DNA of 32,000 nucleotides from Geotalea daltonii FRC-32 (GCF_000022265.1 NC_011979.1:4110001-4142000), one strand, 5' to 3'; positions 18,528-31,319 are shown, counted from the stretch's first letter. Program-made: numbers and translations. Notes: generated by a model from the sequence alone, not told the origin.

Positions 18528-19578
18528 TACCCGCCAGCCCTTCCTCCAATTTCAACACCTCAAGACCAGCCTTAGTAAAAATCTCCACCAGCAGTGTTGC
18601 CGGCACCTTCTTTTTCCAGCCGCCATGGAATTTGTCGGCGGCGAGCAGAATACCTCCCAGGTTCAATCTCGCCGCCAGTCTTGTAACCGCCTCTTCCAGC
18701 GCCACTTTTTCGTGGAGAAAAGGACCTCCCAGAATGCCATTGCAGAGGATCACATGGAATCGTTCGGCTTTAGCCGGTATGCCGGCAATATCTTCCAAAC
18801 GGAAAGCCATTCTCTTGGAGATTTCACCGCTGAACAATGGCGCCACATGACGTCGGTAATTAGCCTGACGCTGCAGATCATGGGGAAAAAAGACATGGGC
18901 GGCGGCAAACAGCTCGAACGGTTCAATGGTTGAACCGCAGATGTGGAAAGTTTCCGGGGAATAGCCGCACTCCGGCAGCAGTGCCGCCAGTTCATAGGTC
19001 CCTTCACCGCAGCCGCAGGCAGCATCAAGGCAGTTAATCTCATAGTTGAATCTGCGCCTGTTTTCCCTGAGCCAGTCCTTCAGGAAGTCCAACTGCTTCG
19101 GATAACGGTTAAAACCGCCTCCATATCGTGGCGGCAGGAAATTGTGAAAGAAGAACAGGCGCCTCTTCTTCTCGTCGGCGAGCAGGCTGCACAGCAGCTC
19201 GGCAGGGTTGGCACTTGTCACGAGGGATTGAAGCCCATGCAAGGCGTCGGGCCAGCTGGGAGCGTTATGAATGGCCGAAGCTCCAAGGAACGGAGTGAAT
19301 AAGGTTACCTTGGCAAAAAAACGATTGAATACGGGAATGATTCGATCAAGAGGAAACAGGAGTTCGGCAAGGGCCTGCATTTCATGGGTTATGACCAGTC
19401 CCGGCGCCCACAGGCCATGGGTAATGCTCGTGGCATAGCGGTGAAATGAGCAGTCAAGTCGGGAAATGCGTAGGTCAAGGTCATGATCTTCGATCTTCCC
19501 CGGCACCAGCAGGTGGGCGAGACGTTCTTCTGCAACTTTTGAGGCAAGGCTGGGTTGAACGCTGAAATGCATCTGCAT
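18514..19578 (-). CDS. Class I SAM-dependent methyltransferase, divergent CheR-like
   Basis: CLDAACGCGEGTYELA, FHICGSTIEP and FHVILCNGILGGPF parallel the in-window CheR motifs [24 protein letters not shown] and [13 protein letters not shown]. Confidence 0.8.
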   Translation of the reverse strand: MQMHFSVQPSLASKVAEERLAHLLVPGKIEDHDLDLRISRLDCSFHRYATSITHGLWAPGLVITHEMQALAELLFPLDRIIPVFNRFFAKVTLFTPFLGASAIHNAPSWPDALHGLQSLVTSANPAELLCSLLADEKKRRLFFFHNFLPPRYGGGFNRYPKQLDFLKDWLRENRRRFNYEINCLDAACGCGEGTYELAALLPECGYSPETFHICGSTIEPFELFAAAHVFFPHDLQRQANYRRHVAPLFSGEISKRMAFRLEDIAGIPAKAERFHVILCNGILGGPFLHEKVALEEAVTRLAARLNLGGILLAADKFHGGWKKKVPATLLVEIFTKAGLEVLKLEEGLAGIKTG

Positions 19579-19673
19579 GAATCAGTTTTCCTTGCAATGA
19601 CGTACGGCAATGCCAAAGGGCACCCCTCTTTATACACTTTAGCGGATTTTGTCAACGCTGGTTCAAGCGGCAG

Positions 19674-19988
19674 TTACTGTTTTTTGTCCAGAAGAGCCTT
19701 GAGCAGGGAGGGATTTTCAGGGCGAGGGGATGATTTCCTGGTGATGAGATCACGAACCGAAAGAAGATCCTTTTTCAGCGTCTCTCCGTCTCTTACCAGT
19801 ATGCGGGTACGGGCATCGCTGCGCACGTATGGTGCCAGCAGATTGATTGCCTCGGATATCAGTTGACTGACAACCACCCGCTCCCGATAGTTTTCGAACT
19901 GCCCGGTTTTCAGGCGTTCCTTGATAGTCGTAAATTCATTGGAAAAGTAAGTCAACACTGTTCCATAAACATTTGTCTCATCTGTCAT
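19674..19988 (-). CDS. Hypothetical 104-aa protein, co-directional with the methyltransferase
   Basis: ATG-initiated ORF with host-like codon usage. No recognisable motif. Confidence 0.55.
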   Translation of the reverse strand: MTDETNVYGTVLTYFSNEFTTIKERLKTGQFENYRERVVVSQLISEAINLLAPYVRSDARTRILVRDGETLKKDLLSVRDLITRKSSPRPENPSLLKALLDKKQ

Positions 19989-20178
19989 TATTATATCCCA
20001 TATGGATGCAGTCGTGCCAAGACACCAGAGTCAGATGCTTTTGGCGGCTTAAAAAACTTTTCGGCGATGGACCTTTTTTCTTTAAGGAATAATGCCCGGC
20101 CGAAAAAAGAGTGCAGCAAGCTGCTCTTGCCATAATTGTGGCTAAACAGCTGCTTTTTTGTTATGCTTTCCAGGTTCA

Positions 20179-23688
<3,510 letters not shown>

Positions 23689-23742
23689 TGTGCTACTTAT
23701 AAAAGACTGAGAAAATATTAATATAATCTAAGGAGTCATGGC

Positions 23743-24669
23743 GTGAACTACAGACAAACTGGAAAGCTATTCTTTGTCGCACTCTGCATTACCGCAGTTT
23801 TCGGCTGCAAGGGGCAAACAGGTACCGGAGCCAAGGAAGAAAAGAAATCCGGGCCGGTCTTGGCAGAGGTCAATGGCTCGACCATTACCGGCAGCGATTT
23901 TAATAAAGAGGTGGAAGCGCTTCCCCCATACCTGAAGCCGATGGCAGAAACAGTGGAAGGCAAGAAGGAGCTGCTCGATACCATGGTGGTCCGGGAGCTT
24001 ATTCTCCAGCAGGCGAAAAAGGATGGTATCGACAAGAGTCAGGCTGTAGCCGACAAGCTGGAAGAGTTGAAAAACCGGATTATCGTTGAGGCATTCCTGA
24101 AGAAAAAAGTCGAGGAGCAGGCAAAGATAGGCGACGCTGAGCTTCAGGATTTTTACAATAAGAACAAGGAAAAATTCCGCACCGGCGAACAGGTAAGAGC
24201 GAGCCACATTCTGGTGAAAACCGAGCCCGAGGCGCAAGAAATCCTCAAGCAGCTCAAAGCCGGGGGCAACTTCGAAGAGTTGGCGAAAAAACAATCCATC
24301 GATGCAGCCGCTGCAAAAGGAGGAGACTTGGGCTGGTTCGGCAAGGGGTCCATGCTCCCCGAATTCGAGAACGCTGTTTTCGGTCTCAAGGAAGGTGCAA
24401 CCTCTGGCATAGTCCAGACCAAGTACGGTTACCACATCATCAAGCTCACAGGAAAGCGTCCTGCAGGTGTCAGACCTTTGGATGAGGTGAAAGAGCAGAT
24501 TAAAGCTGCCATTCTTCCCGAGAAACAGCAGGAAGTGTTCAAGAAGCTTAAGGAAGATCTGAAAAAGGGCGCCAAGGTCACGGTGAAAGAAGATGCGCTC
24601 AAGACACTGGACGGTGAAAAACCTGCAGATAAATCTAACGCGCAGCCGCCAGCACCAGACAAGAAATAA
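23743..24669 (+). CDS. Parvulin-type peptidyl-prolyl isomerase, lipoprotein (PrsA/PpiC-like)
   Basis: GTG start 7 nt after AGGAG. Lipobox AVFGC. Parvulin core VRASHILV...GGDLGWFGKGSM...GYHIIKL. Confidence 0.9.
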   Translation: MNYRQTGKLFFVALCITAVFGCKGQTGTGAKEEKKSGPVLAEVNGSTITGSDFNKEVEALPPYLKPMAETVEGKKELLDTMVVRELILQQAKKDGIDKSQAVADKLEELKNRIIVEAFLKKKVEEQAKIGDAELQDFYNKNKEKFRTGEQVRASHILVKTEPEAQEILKQLKAGGNFEELAKKQSIDAAAAKGGDLGWFGKGSMLPEFENAVFGLKEGATSGIVQTKYGYHIIKLTGKRPAGVRPLDEVKEQIKAAILPEKQQEVFKKLKEDLKKGAKVTVKEDALKTLDGEKPADKSNAQPPAPDKK

Positions 24670-24692
24670 CCACCCTTTTTACTTTTGGAACT

Positions 24693-24723
24693 GCGGCCGG
24701 GCGTTTCGTCCGGCCGCTTTTTT
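24693..24723 (+). terminator. Rho-independent terminator
   Basis: GCGGCCGG, a 9-nt loop, CCGGCCGC, then TTTTTT. Confidence 0.8.
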
Positions 24724-24751
24724 GCACTAACCCGAGCCCATGGAAGCCATT

Positions 24752-25714
24752 ATGAACAAGTTCTTGCTTTATTTTGCTGTCAGTGTCCTCTTCATTTGTC
24801 CCGCAGCTGCAAAAGGGGAGCTGATCACTGCAGTTGCCGCCATTGTCAACGACGATGTCATCACCACCCTTGAAGTGCAGAAAGAGACTGACCAGATAAT
24901 CAAGGAGATGGAGAAAAAAGGCCCTGCCGAGACTCCGGACAAGGCTGCATTACGCAAAATTGCACTGGACCGCCTGATAGACAAAAAGCTGGTTGAGCAA
25001 AAGATTAAAGAGCTGGATATCAAGGTTCCCGAAGAGGAACTGAGGCAGTCCATTGAGGATGTAAAAAAACAGAACAACCTTACGCAGGAAGCTTTAGTTG
25101 CTGCCCTTGCAGGACAAGGACTTTCTTTTGAACAGTACAAGACCCAGCTCAGGGAACAACTTGAGCGCCTGAGGCTGATGAGCCAGGAAGTGCGCTCAAA
25201 GATTCAGGTAGGGGAGCGTGAAATCAGGGAATATTACGAAGCCAATCACAACCGTTACGGCGAAGAAGAGTTCTTCCGCGCCCGCCACATATTCTTCAAG
25301 GTCGGCAAAGATGCGCCGGAGAGTGAAGCGGCAAAGGTAATGACGACGGCAACGCAGGTTTTGCAGGAGGCTCGGAGCGGCAAGGATTTCGCCGAGCTGG
25401 CCAGGCAGTTCTCGGACGACCCCGCGGCAAAAAAGGATGGCGGAGACCTTGGTACCTTTAAAAAAGGGGACATGATAGGGGAGATTGAAGCCGCAGTCAG
25501 CGGCATGAAACCTGGAGAGGTCAGCGATCCGGTCAAGACTGCCGCCGGTTTCCATATCATCAAGTTGGAAGAACGCAGCAAAGGCAAGCCGCGGCCCTTT
25601 GAAGAGGTAAAGGCGGAAATCGAAGATCTTCTCTATAAAAAGAAATCGGAAGAGCGGTTCAACCAGTGGGTCAACGATCTTCGCAAAGGGGCCGCCATTG
25701 AAATAAAGCTGTGA
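24752..25714 (+). CDS. SurA-like periplasmic chaperone / parvulin PPIase
   Basis: Signal peptide MNKFLLYFAVSVLFICPAAA. SurA_N-like region. Parvulin core ARHIFF...GGDLGTFKKGDM...GFHIIKL. An upstream in-frame ATG at 24740 has no RBS. Confidence 0.9.
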   Translation: MNKFLLYFAVSVLFICPAAAKGELITAVAAIVNDDVITTLEVQKETDQIIKEMEKKGPAETPDKAALRKIALDRLIDKKLVEQKIKELDIKVPEEELRQSIEDVKKQNNLTQEALVAALAGQGLSFEQYKTQLREQLERLRLMSQEVRSKIQVGEREIREYYEANHNRYGEEEFFRARHIFFKVGKDAPESEAAKVMTTATQVLQEARSGKDFAELARQFSDDPAAKKDGGDLGTFKKGDMIGEIEAAVSGMKPGEVSDPVKTAAGFHIIKLEERSKGKPRPFEEVKAEIEDLLYKKKSEERFNQWVNDLRKGAAIEIKL

Positions 25715-25766
25715 TTGGTGATTGGTGATTGGTGATTGGTGATTGGTGATTGGTGACTGGTGACTG
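25711..25766. repeat. Heptanucleotide tandem repeat: (GTGATTG)x6 then (GTGACTG)x2
   Basis: Read directly from the sequence. The first unit contains the TGA stop (25712-25714) of the SurA-like gene. Confidence 0.95.
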
Positions 25767-25821
25767 GGAAAGCACCAGTTCCCCGATTCCAGTGCCTCCT
25801 CAGTGCCCCCTGTCCCTGCTT

Positions 25822-26721
25822 TTAGAGTCCTTTCTTCGACAGTTCTTCCAGCAGTTGCCGTTGTGGCCCGGTCAGTTGTTCCGGCACCTTTACCCCGACC
25901 CTGACGAAGAGATCACCGCGCCCGGACCCTGCCAGGCGCGGGAATCCAAGCCCCTTCAGCCGGATCTTCGTGCCCGGCTGGATGCCTGCCGGGACCTTGA
26001 TCCTCTTGGTCCCATCCATGGTCGGCACATCCAGGGAGGCACCCAAGGCTGCTTCCGTGAACCTCACCTCCTGGGAGACGACGATGTCATCACCTTCCCG
26101 CTGCAGTACCGGATCTCCTCCGACTTTCACCGTAAGATAAAGGTCGCCGTTAGGCCCGCCATGGATGCCGCTGCCCCCCTTACCCTGCAGCCTCAGCTTG
26201 GCACCGTTCTCAATGCCGGCAGGAATCTTTACCGAAAGCTCCTCCCGCTGGCCGTCCTTCATGTAGGCAATGCGTTTTTCACAGCCACTAAACGCCTCAT
26301 GAAAGGAAACGTTCGCTTCCATGGAAAAGTCATCACCCTTGCGGGGTCTCTGGGCGAACCGACCACCCCCCTGTTGGAAGCCACCAAAACCGCCGCCGAA
26401 GATGCGGGAAAATATGTCATCGGTACCGAAGCCTTTGTCCTTGAAAAGGTCTCCCACATCGAAACCGCGGAAAATATCCTCCTGGGAGAAGCGCTGGTGA
26501 AAACCGGTATCGCCAAACTGGTCGTACTGTGCCTTTTTCTGGGGATCGGAGAGAACCGCATAGGCTTCGTTTATCTCCTTGAATTTTTCCTCAGCCTCCT
26601 TATTGCCAGGGTTCTTGTCCGGATGATATTTGACGGCCAGCTTTCTGTAAGCTTTCTTGATCTCGTCGGCAGATGCCCCTTTTTTCAACCCAAGCACCTG
26701 ATAATAGTCGGTGGTTGCCAT
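25822..26721 (-). CDS. cbpA: J-domain co-chaperone, CbpA-like (no zinc-finger domain)
   Basis: Motif DYYQVLGL...KYHPDKN. G/F-rich linker. DnaJ C-terminal domains without CxxCxGxG repeats. Confidence 0.88.
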   Translation of the reverse strand: MATTDYYQVLGLKKGASADEIKKAYRKLAVKYHPDKNPGNKEAEEKFKEINEAYAVLSDPQKKAQYDQFGDTGFHQRFSQEDIFRGFDVGDLFKDKGFGTDDIFSRIFGGGFGGFQQGGGRFAQRPRKGDDFSMEANVSFHEAFSGCEKRIAYMKDGQREELSVKIPAGIENGAKLRLQGKGGSGIHGGPNGDLYLTVKVGGDPVLQREGDDIVVSQEVRFTEAALGASLDVPTMDGTKRIKVPAGIQPGTKIRLKGLGFPRLAGSGRGDLFVRVGVKVPEQLTGPQRQLLEELSKKGL

Positions 26722-26810
26722 GAATGTCCTTTCGCCATATATTCAATTCAGAATAGCCAATGTAATGGCGCAAAGTTCTTATGTCAACCATTGTAACACC
26801 AGCGTTTGCC

Positions 26811-26840
26811 TTGACAAGAAAGGTTAGAAGGGCTTAGTAT
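26811..26840 (+). promoter_or_regulatory. Possible sigma-70 promoter of the protoporphyrinogen oxidase gene
   Basis: TTGACA (26811-26816), an 18-nt spacer, then TAGTAT (26835-26840). Confidence 0.3.
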
Positions 26841-26883
26841 TCAGCTGTTCCAGCCCCATCAAGCCCAACAGGGAGAGCTCCAA

Positions 26884-28299
26884 ATGAAAAAAGCGATAAT
26901 TGTAGGCGGCGGTATTACCGGTCTTGCAACAGCCTGGCTCCTGCGGGAGAAAGCAAAAAAAGCGGGGATGGAACTGGAAATAGCCCTTTTGGAGAAAGAA
27001 GAGCGGGTCGGTGGAAAGATCAGGAGCATTAAAGCAGATGGTTATCTCTGCGAATGGGGCCCTAACGGTTTTCTCGACAACAAGCCCCAGACCCTGGACC
27101 TGTGCCGGGACCTGCAGGCTGATTCGCAGCTGCTGCGCAGCAATGATAATGCAAGAAAACGTTTCATCTACTCGGAAGGCTTTTTGCACCAACTGCCTGA
27201 GAACGGTCCCTCTTTCTTCAAAAGCAAGCTTATCTCCTGGCCCGGAAAGTTGCGCCTCGCATTGGAACCCACCCCCTTCATCGCCAAAGCGCCAGATGGA
27301 GTGGACGAGACATTGGCCGCCTTCGGCCGACGCCGACTTGGTGACGAAGCGCTACGCAAGCTGATAGCGCCCATGGTTTCCGGCATTTTTGCCGGTGATC
27401 CTGAGACCATGTCCCTGCAGTCCTGCTTCCCGAGGATTGCCGAACTGGAACGTGAATACGGCGGACTGGTCATGGCCATGGTCAAGCTGGCGAAAAAGAA
27501 AAAACAGGAACTTGCCGAAGGTAAAGCGGTGGCAAGTGCGGCAGGGCCGGGCGGCATTCTCACCTCGTTCCGTGATGGTCTCCAGACCTTGACCGAAATC
27601 ATCCGTGGCCAGCTGGGTTGCGAAGTGCTCTCTGTCGGTGAAGAGGTTGTCAGGATCCGCAAGGGAAGCTCGGTACCGTACCGGGTCGAGACGACCAGCA
27701 GGGAGCTTGATGCCGACGTGGTCGTGCTGGCGACCCCGGCCTACGCTACGGGGCAGATGCTGGAAGGACTGGACAGTGCCATGACCGGCATCCTTGGTCA
27801 GATTCCCTATGCAACGATGAGCGTTGTCTGCTTAGGTTATGAGCAGGATAAGATCAGCCATGACCTGAACGGGTTCGGCTACCTGATTCCCAAGGGAGAA
27901 GGAATGAATATCCTCGGTACCCTTTGGGATTCCAGCATCTTCGAAAACAGGGCACCCCAAGGCAGAGTGCTGCTGCGAAGCATGATGGGCGGAGCCTGTT
28001 TTCCCGAGTACATCAAGCTATCCGATGAGGAGGTGCAACGCAGGGTATGTGACAACCTGAAGACCATCATGGGAATAGCTGCGCCTCCAGATTTTGTCAG
28101 GATCTTCCGCCACGAAAAAGCAATCCCCCAGTACACCGTCGGGCACGGCAAAAGGCTGCAGGCCTTGCTGGATGCCGGACGGAATCACCAGGGGCTTTTG
28201 CTTACCGGCAACAGCTACCGAGGCATCGGTCTCAATGACTGTGTGGCGGCAGCCGTGAGGAGCAGCAACGAGGTTATGGAACATCTGCAGAAAAGATAG
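26884..28299 (+). CDS. hemY: FAD-dependent protoporphyrinogen/coproporphyrinogen oxidase (HemY type)
   Basis: N-terminal dinucleotide fold IIVGGGITGLATAW...LLEKEERVGGKI. About 470 aa. Motif LLTGNSYRGIGLNDC near the C-terminus. Confidence 0.88.
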   Translation: MKKAIIVGGGITGLATAWLLREKAKKAGMELEIALLEKEERVGGKIRSIKADGYLCEWGPNGFLDNKPQTLDLCRDLQADSQLLRSNDNARKRFIYSEGFLHQLPENGPSFFKSKLISWPGKLRLALEPTPFIAKAPDGVDETLAAFGRRRLGDEALRKLIAPMVSGIFAGDPETMSLQSCFPRIAELEREYGGLVMAMVKLAKKKKQELAEGKAVASAAGPGGILTSFRDGLQTLTEIIRGQLGCEVLSVGEEVVRIRKGSSVPYRVETTSRELDADVVVLATPAYATGQMLEGLDSAMTGILGQIPYATMSVVCLGYEQDKISHDLNGFGYLIPKGEGMNILGTLWDSSIFENRAPQGRVLLRSMMGGACFPEYIKLSDEEVQRRVCDNLKTIMGIAAPPDFVRIFRHEKAIPQYTVGHGKRLQALLDAGRNHQGLLLTGNSYRGIGLNDCVAAAVRSSNEVMEHLQKR

Positions 28300-28422
28300 T
28301 CGCCGGTTGGAGCAGAGCACGTGCGGCCATGGAGGATTTCCCCCATGGCTCTTTCATCCTGTAACGGTAAAGTAAGCTTCAGGTCTCTCAGATGGCCATC
28401 CGTTGCTGTAAAGATGGAATAA

Positions 28423-28452
28423 TTGACACTCTTGTCCCCCTTCTGCTATAAA
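28423..28452 (+). promoter_or_regulatory. Sigma-70 promoter of the zinc-ribbon gene
   Basis: Perfect TTGACA (28423-28428), an 18-nt spacer, then TATAAA (28447-28452). Confidence 0.45.
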
Positions 28453-28512
28453 AATAGTTCGGATATAAGTAATTGAGGCAGCAGGGATTAGTTGTTTTTC
28501 AGGAGAACGTGG

Positions 28513-29475
28513 ATGATCGTTTATTGTGAAAAGTGCAACAGCAAGTTTCAGGTTGATGACGCAAAAATACCCGATACGGGCATCAAAGCCCGCTGTTCAG
28601 TTTGCTCACACGCATTTGTCTTGAAAAAAGAGCCTGTTGTGACCACATCTGCCTCCCAGCCTGGGCCAGCCGACCGACTGGCCCAGGCAGAACCCGTTCA
28701 GGCACAGGCTAAATCAGGCAGCACTACCGGATTTGACGCTTCCGTATTCAACGATACAGCTCCGGAAAGAGCCAAAAGTCAAAGCCCGCTCATGGGCAGC
28801 GGCGGGCCTTTTTTCTCGAGGTTTGCAACGGAAACTGCCGCGAAGCCGGTCAAAGACGCCGATGGACAAGGGGATGTTGTCGTCGAAATAACAGACAATG
28901 GCAGTTTTGACAACGCGGCAGAAATATACGAAACTGAAACGCAAGGTGCCGAAGGTTTGGCGGATGCTTTTTCCAAAGAGCCTGCCATGGCAGGCAAGCC
29001 GGAGTCTGGATATGATGCCTTTGCCACCTTTGTCGAGCGGCACAAACAAGACCCCCAGACAGGCCAATATCCAGGTCCGGCTGCAGCCGAAATGGAGAAT
29101 GCAAAATCGGGATTTTCTGCGGCCAGCGGACAGTCAATGGCGAAAGCAGCTGCAGAGGCGATGTCTGCTACCCGCGTACCCGAGGTGGTAACATCTGTCG
29201 ATGGGCAACTGCCTTCTAATCAGATTTCCAATAGAGCGATGAAGGGAATCATGACAAAGCTGGATGCCCAAGGAATGAACGACGACTATGTGGTGCAGAT
29301 GGTCCACGAAATTTGTCAGGCGGTCAAGTATGTGGAAGGGGTGGAAAAACCCGACTGGACGACCAGGATGATGGGCCTCGACATGCTGTGCAAGATTCGT
29401 GGCCTTTATGCAGGCGAGAAGAAAGAGGATCCGGCAAACCGGCAGTTGCAGATAGTTACCGGCATCAACATGTGA
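28513..29475 (+). CDS. MJ0042-type zinc-ribbon protein with a long low-complexity linker and a C-terminal globular region
   Basis: The sequence begins MIVYCEKCNSKFQVDDAKIPDTGIKARCSVCSHAF (CxxC-N20-CxxC). ATG at 28513 lies 6 nt after AGGAGA. Confidence 0.8.
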   Translation: MIVYCEKCNSKFQVDDAKIPDTGIKARCSVCSHAFVLKKEPVVTTSASQPGPADRLAQAEPVQAQAKSGSTTGFDASVFNDTAPERAKSQSPLMGSGGPFFSRFATETAAKPVKDADGQGDVVVEITDNGSFDNAAEIYETETQGAEGLADAFSKEPAMAGKPESGYDAFATFVERHKQDPQTGQYPGPAAAEMENAKSGFSAASGQSMAKAAAEAMSATRVPEVVTSVDGQLPSNQISNRAMKGIMTKLDAQGMNDDYVVQMVHEICQAVKYVEGVEKPDWTTRMMGLDMLCKIRGLYAGEKKEDPANRQLQIVTGINM

Positions 29476-29505
29476 AGAAGGAACATTTGTCGATGATGTT
29501 TTAAG

Positions 29506-29543
29506 ACGGTCAGGGAGTAAACATCAGCCCTGGCCGTTTTTTT
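29506..29543 (+). terminator. Rho-independent terminator
   Basis: ACGGTCAGGG, a 12-nt loop, CCCTGGCCGT (one G:U pair), running into T7. Confidence 0.8.
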
Positions 29544-29570
29544 ACCTACTGCAGGTATAAGGAGAAAACC

Positions 29571-31223
29571 ATGGGCTCTTATCTGAAGTTTTCCGTTCTG
29601 GCGGTAACCATCCTCTTCCCTCTGTTGGCGACAGCCGGTGAAATTCCCCGCATTCCCTTCTCCCCCCGCATAACATCGGTCACCGTGTATCCCGATCGTG
29701 CCATGACCAGACGCACGGCAACTGTTGAACTGAAGCAGGGAAATTACCTGATTGGGATAAGCCCGCTGCCGGCACTCATGCATGATGACACAATCAGGGT
29801 TGATGGGTGTGGAAGCGCTGTGGCCACCATAACCGGGATGGAGATAAAGAGGAGCTTCCTCGACCAGACTCCGGAGAAAAGGGCCAGGGAACTGGAAGAG
29901 GAAATAAAAAAACTGCAGCGGGTGCTGGCTGGCCTTGACGCGCGCAAGGGTGGACTTGCCGCCCAGAAGGGATTCATTGACTCAATAAAGTTGGCTTGGG
30001 GTGAGCGCATTTCCAAGGAACTGGCGGTGGGTAAACCAACTACGGCAGATCTGGACGAAGCGTTGAATTTCATTGGCAACGGCATTACCGCCGCTGAAGA
30101 GAAAAGCCTCGACCTGGAGATGGAGAAGGCTAAGGTCAAGGAAAAGATCGATGCCCTGACCAGTGAGCTGGAAGCCGGCCGCGGTACTGCCAGGAAAGAG
30201 GCGAAGGTGGTGGAAGTAACGGTGGAAGTCGCAAAGGCTGGAAGTCTTACCCTTGAGCTGTCCGGGGTTGTAAGCCATGCCGGATGGGAGCCGGCCTACG
30301 ATGCACGATTGGCCGGTGATGCAAAATCAGTAGAGTTTACTTTTAAGGGCCAGGTCCGGCAGCAAACCGGCGAGGACTGGAATAATGTGGATCTATACCT
30401 TTCCACGGCACGACCGGCCATTGGGGGGAATCCCCCCTCCCTCTATCCGTGGCGCCTGTCCTTTTATCGCCCCATGCCAGTATATCCCGCGGCAGCAGCC
30501 ATGGCAGCGCCTGCCTATAGAAGTAAGGCTCAGGTGCTGAAAGAAGAAAGATTTGACGAGGCGCCGGAGGCTGAGGAACAGGCACAGCATTTGACAGCCG
30601 ATGTGGGTCAAGAGCAGACTTCGCTCCTCTTTCATATCCGCCGCCCTGTAGATATTCCCTCCGACGGCACCAGCCATGGGACGACGGTGGCCATTGAAAA
30701 ACTGCCGGTGCAGGTGGATTACCTGGCGATCCCCAAACTTTCCCCATATGCCTACCTCAGGTCCCAGATCATCAACGGTGCTGCCTATCCTCTTCTTCCC
30801 GGCAAGGTCAATATCTTCACCGGGGGTAATTTCATCGGCTCCGGACACCTGCGGAAGGTGGCAGCCGGTGAGAAGTTCGAGCTGTTCTTCGGGGTGGATG
30901 ATCAGGTTTCCATCAAGCGGGAAGAGTTGAAGCGCCACAAGGAGGCAGGGCTGTTCGGCAAGAATCGCCAGACATACGGCTATAAAATCGAGGTCACCAA
31001 TTATCGCAGGGAAGCAACTACCATCGTCATTAACGATCAACTACCCTTACCCGGCGATGAGGAAATAAAGGTCACCCTTGGAGAGCCCAGCATAAAGCCA
31101 GAAGAAATAAAAACGGACGGAACCCTTGTCTGGAAACTGCCGGTTGATCCTGGAACAAAGCGGGAAATATCCTTCAGCATTCAGGTGGAATATCCGAAGG
31201 ATCGGGAGGTAAGCGGCTTGTAG
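29571..31223 (+). CDS. Secreted DUF4140/DUF4139-like (MuiA-family-like) protein
   Basis: Signal peptide. N-terminal VTVYPDRAMTRR beta region, central coiled coil, and a C-terminal region with the pattern LLPGKVNIF..G.FIG...L. AAGGAG RBS. The family call is from memory of the architecture. Confidence 0.8.
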   Translation: MGSYLKFSVLAVTILFPLLATAGEIPRIPFSPRITSVTVYPDRAMTRRTATVELKQGNYLIGISPLPALMHDDTIRVDGCGSAVATITGMEIKRSFLDQTPEKRARELEEEIKKLQRVLAGLDARKGGLAAQKGFIDSIKLAWGERISKELAVGKPTTADLDEALNFIGNGITAAEEKSLDLEMEKAKVKEKIDALTSELEAGRGTARKEAKVVEVTVEVAKAGSLTLELSGVVSHAGWEPAYDARLAGDAKSVEFTFKGQVRQQTGEDWNNVDLYLSTARPAIGGNPPSLYPWRLSFYRPMPVYPAAAAMAAPAYRSKAQVLKEERFDEAPEAEEQAQHLTADVGQEQTSLLFHIRRPVDIPSDGTSHGTTVAIEKLPVQVDYLAIPKLSPYAYLRSQIINGAAYPLLPGKVNIFTGGNFIGSGHLRKVAAGEKFELFFGVDDQVSIKREELKRHKEAGLFGKNRQTYGYKIEVTNYRREATTIVINDQLPLPGDEEIKVTLGEPSIKPEEIKTDGTLVWKLPVDPGTKREISFSIQVEYPKDREVSGL

Positions 31224-31255
31224 AAAGCCAGACATCGGTAACCGTAACCTGCAAG

Positions 31256-31287
31256 AAAAAAAAGGGTCCGGAAAACTTCCCGGACCC
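31256..31287 (-). terminator. Rho-independent terminator of the minus-strand oxidoreductase gene
   Basis: The minus strand reads GGGTCCGG, an 8-nt loop, CCGGACCC, then T8. Confidence 0.7.
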
Positions 31288-31319
31288 AAACCCCTCCAAC
31301 AAACTCTCAGTCACCAGCC

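Noticed and set aside
19629-19655. Minus-strand TTGACA / TATAAA pair upstream of the CheR-like methyltransferase
   Set aside because: The spacer is only 15 nt, so it is not reported as a promoter feature.
23722-23727. TATAAT hexamer upstream of the PPIase lipoprotein gene
   Set aside because: It ends 3 nt before the RBS, so a TSS from it would fall inside the Shine-Dalgarno sequence. There is also no -35 element.
25750-26796. 348-codon plus-strand ORF
   Set aside because: It is an exact antisense shadow of the J-domain gene, whose HPD and G/F motifs identify the real frame.
29359-29430. Resemblance of TTRMMGLDMLCKIRGLYAGEKKED to the C-terminal motif of phage small terminase subunits
   Set aside because: The pattern match is short and recalled from memory, and there is no other phage gene nearby. 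It is too weak to claim without HHpred.
30393-31040. 215-codon minus-strand ORF
   Set aside because: It is antisense to the DUF4139-like gene and is a shadow ORF.
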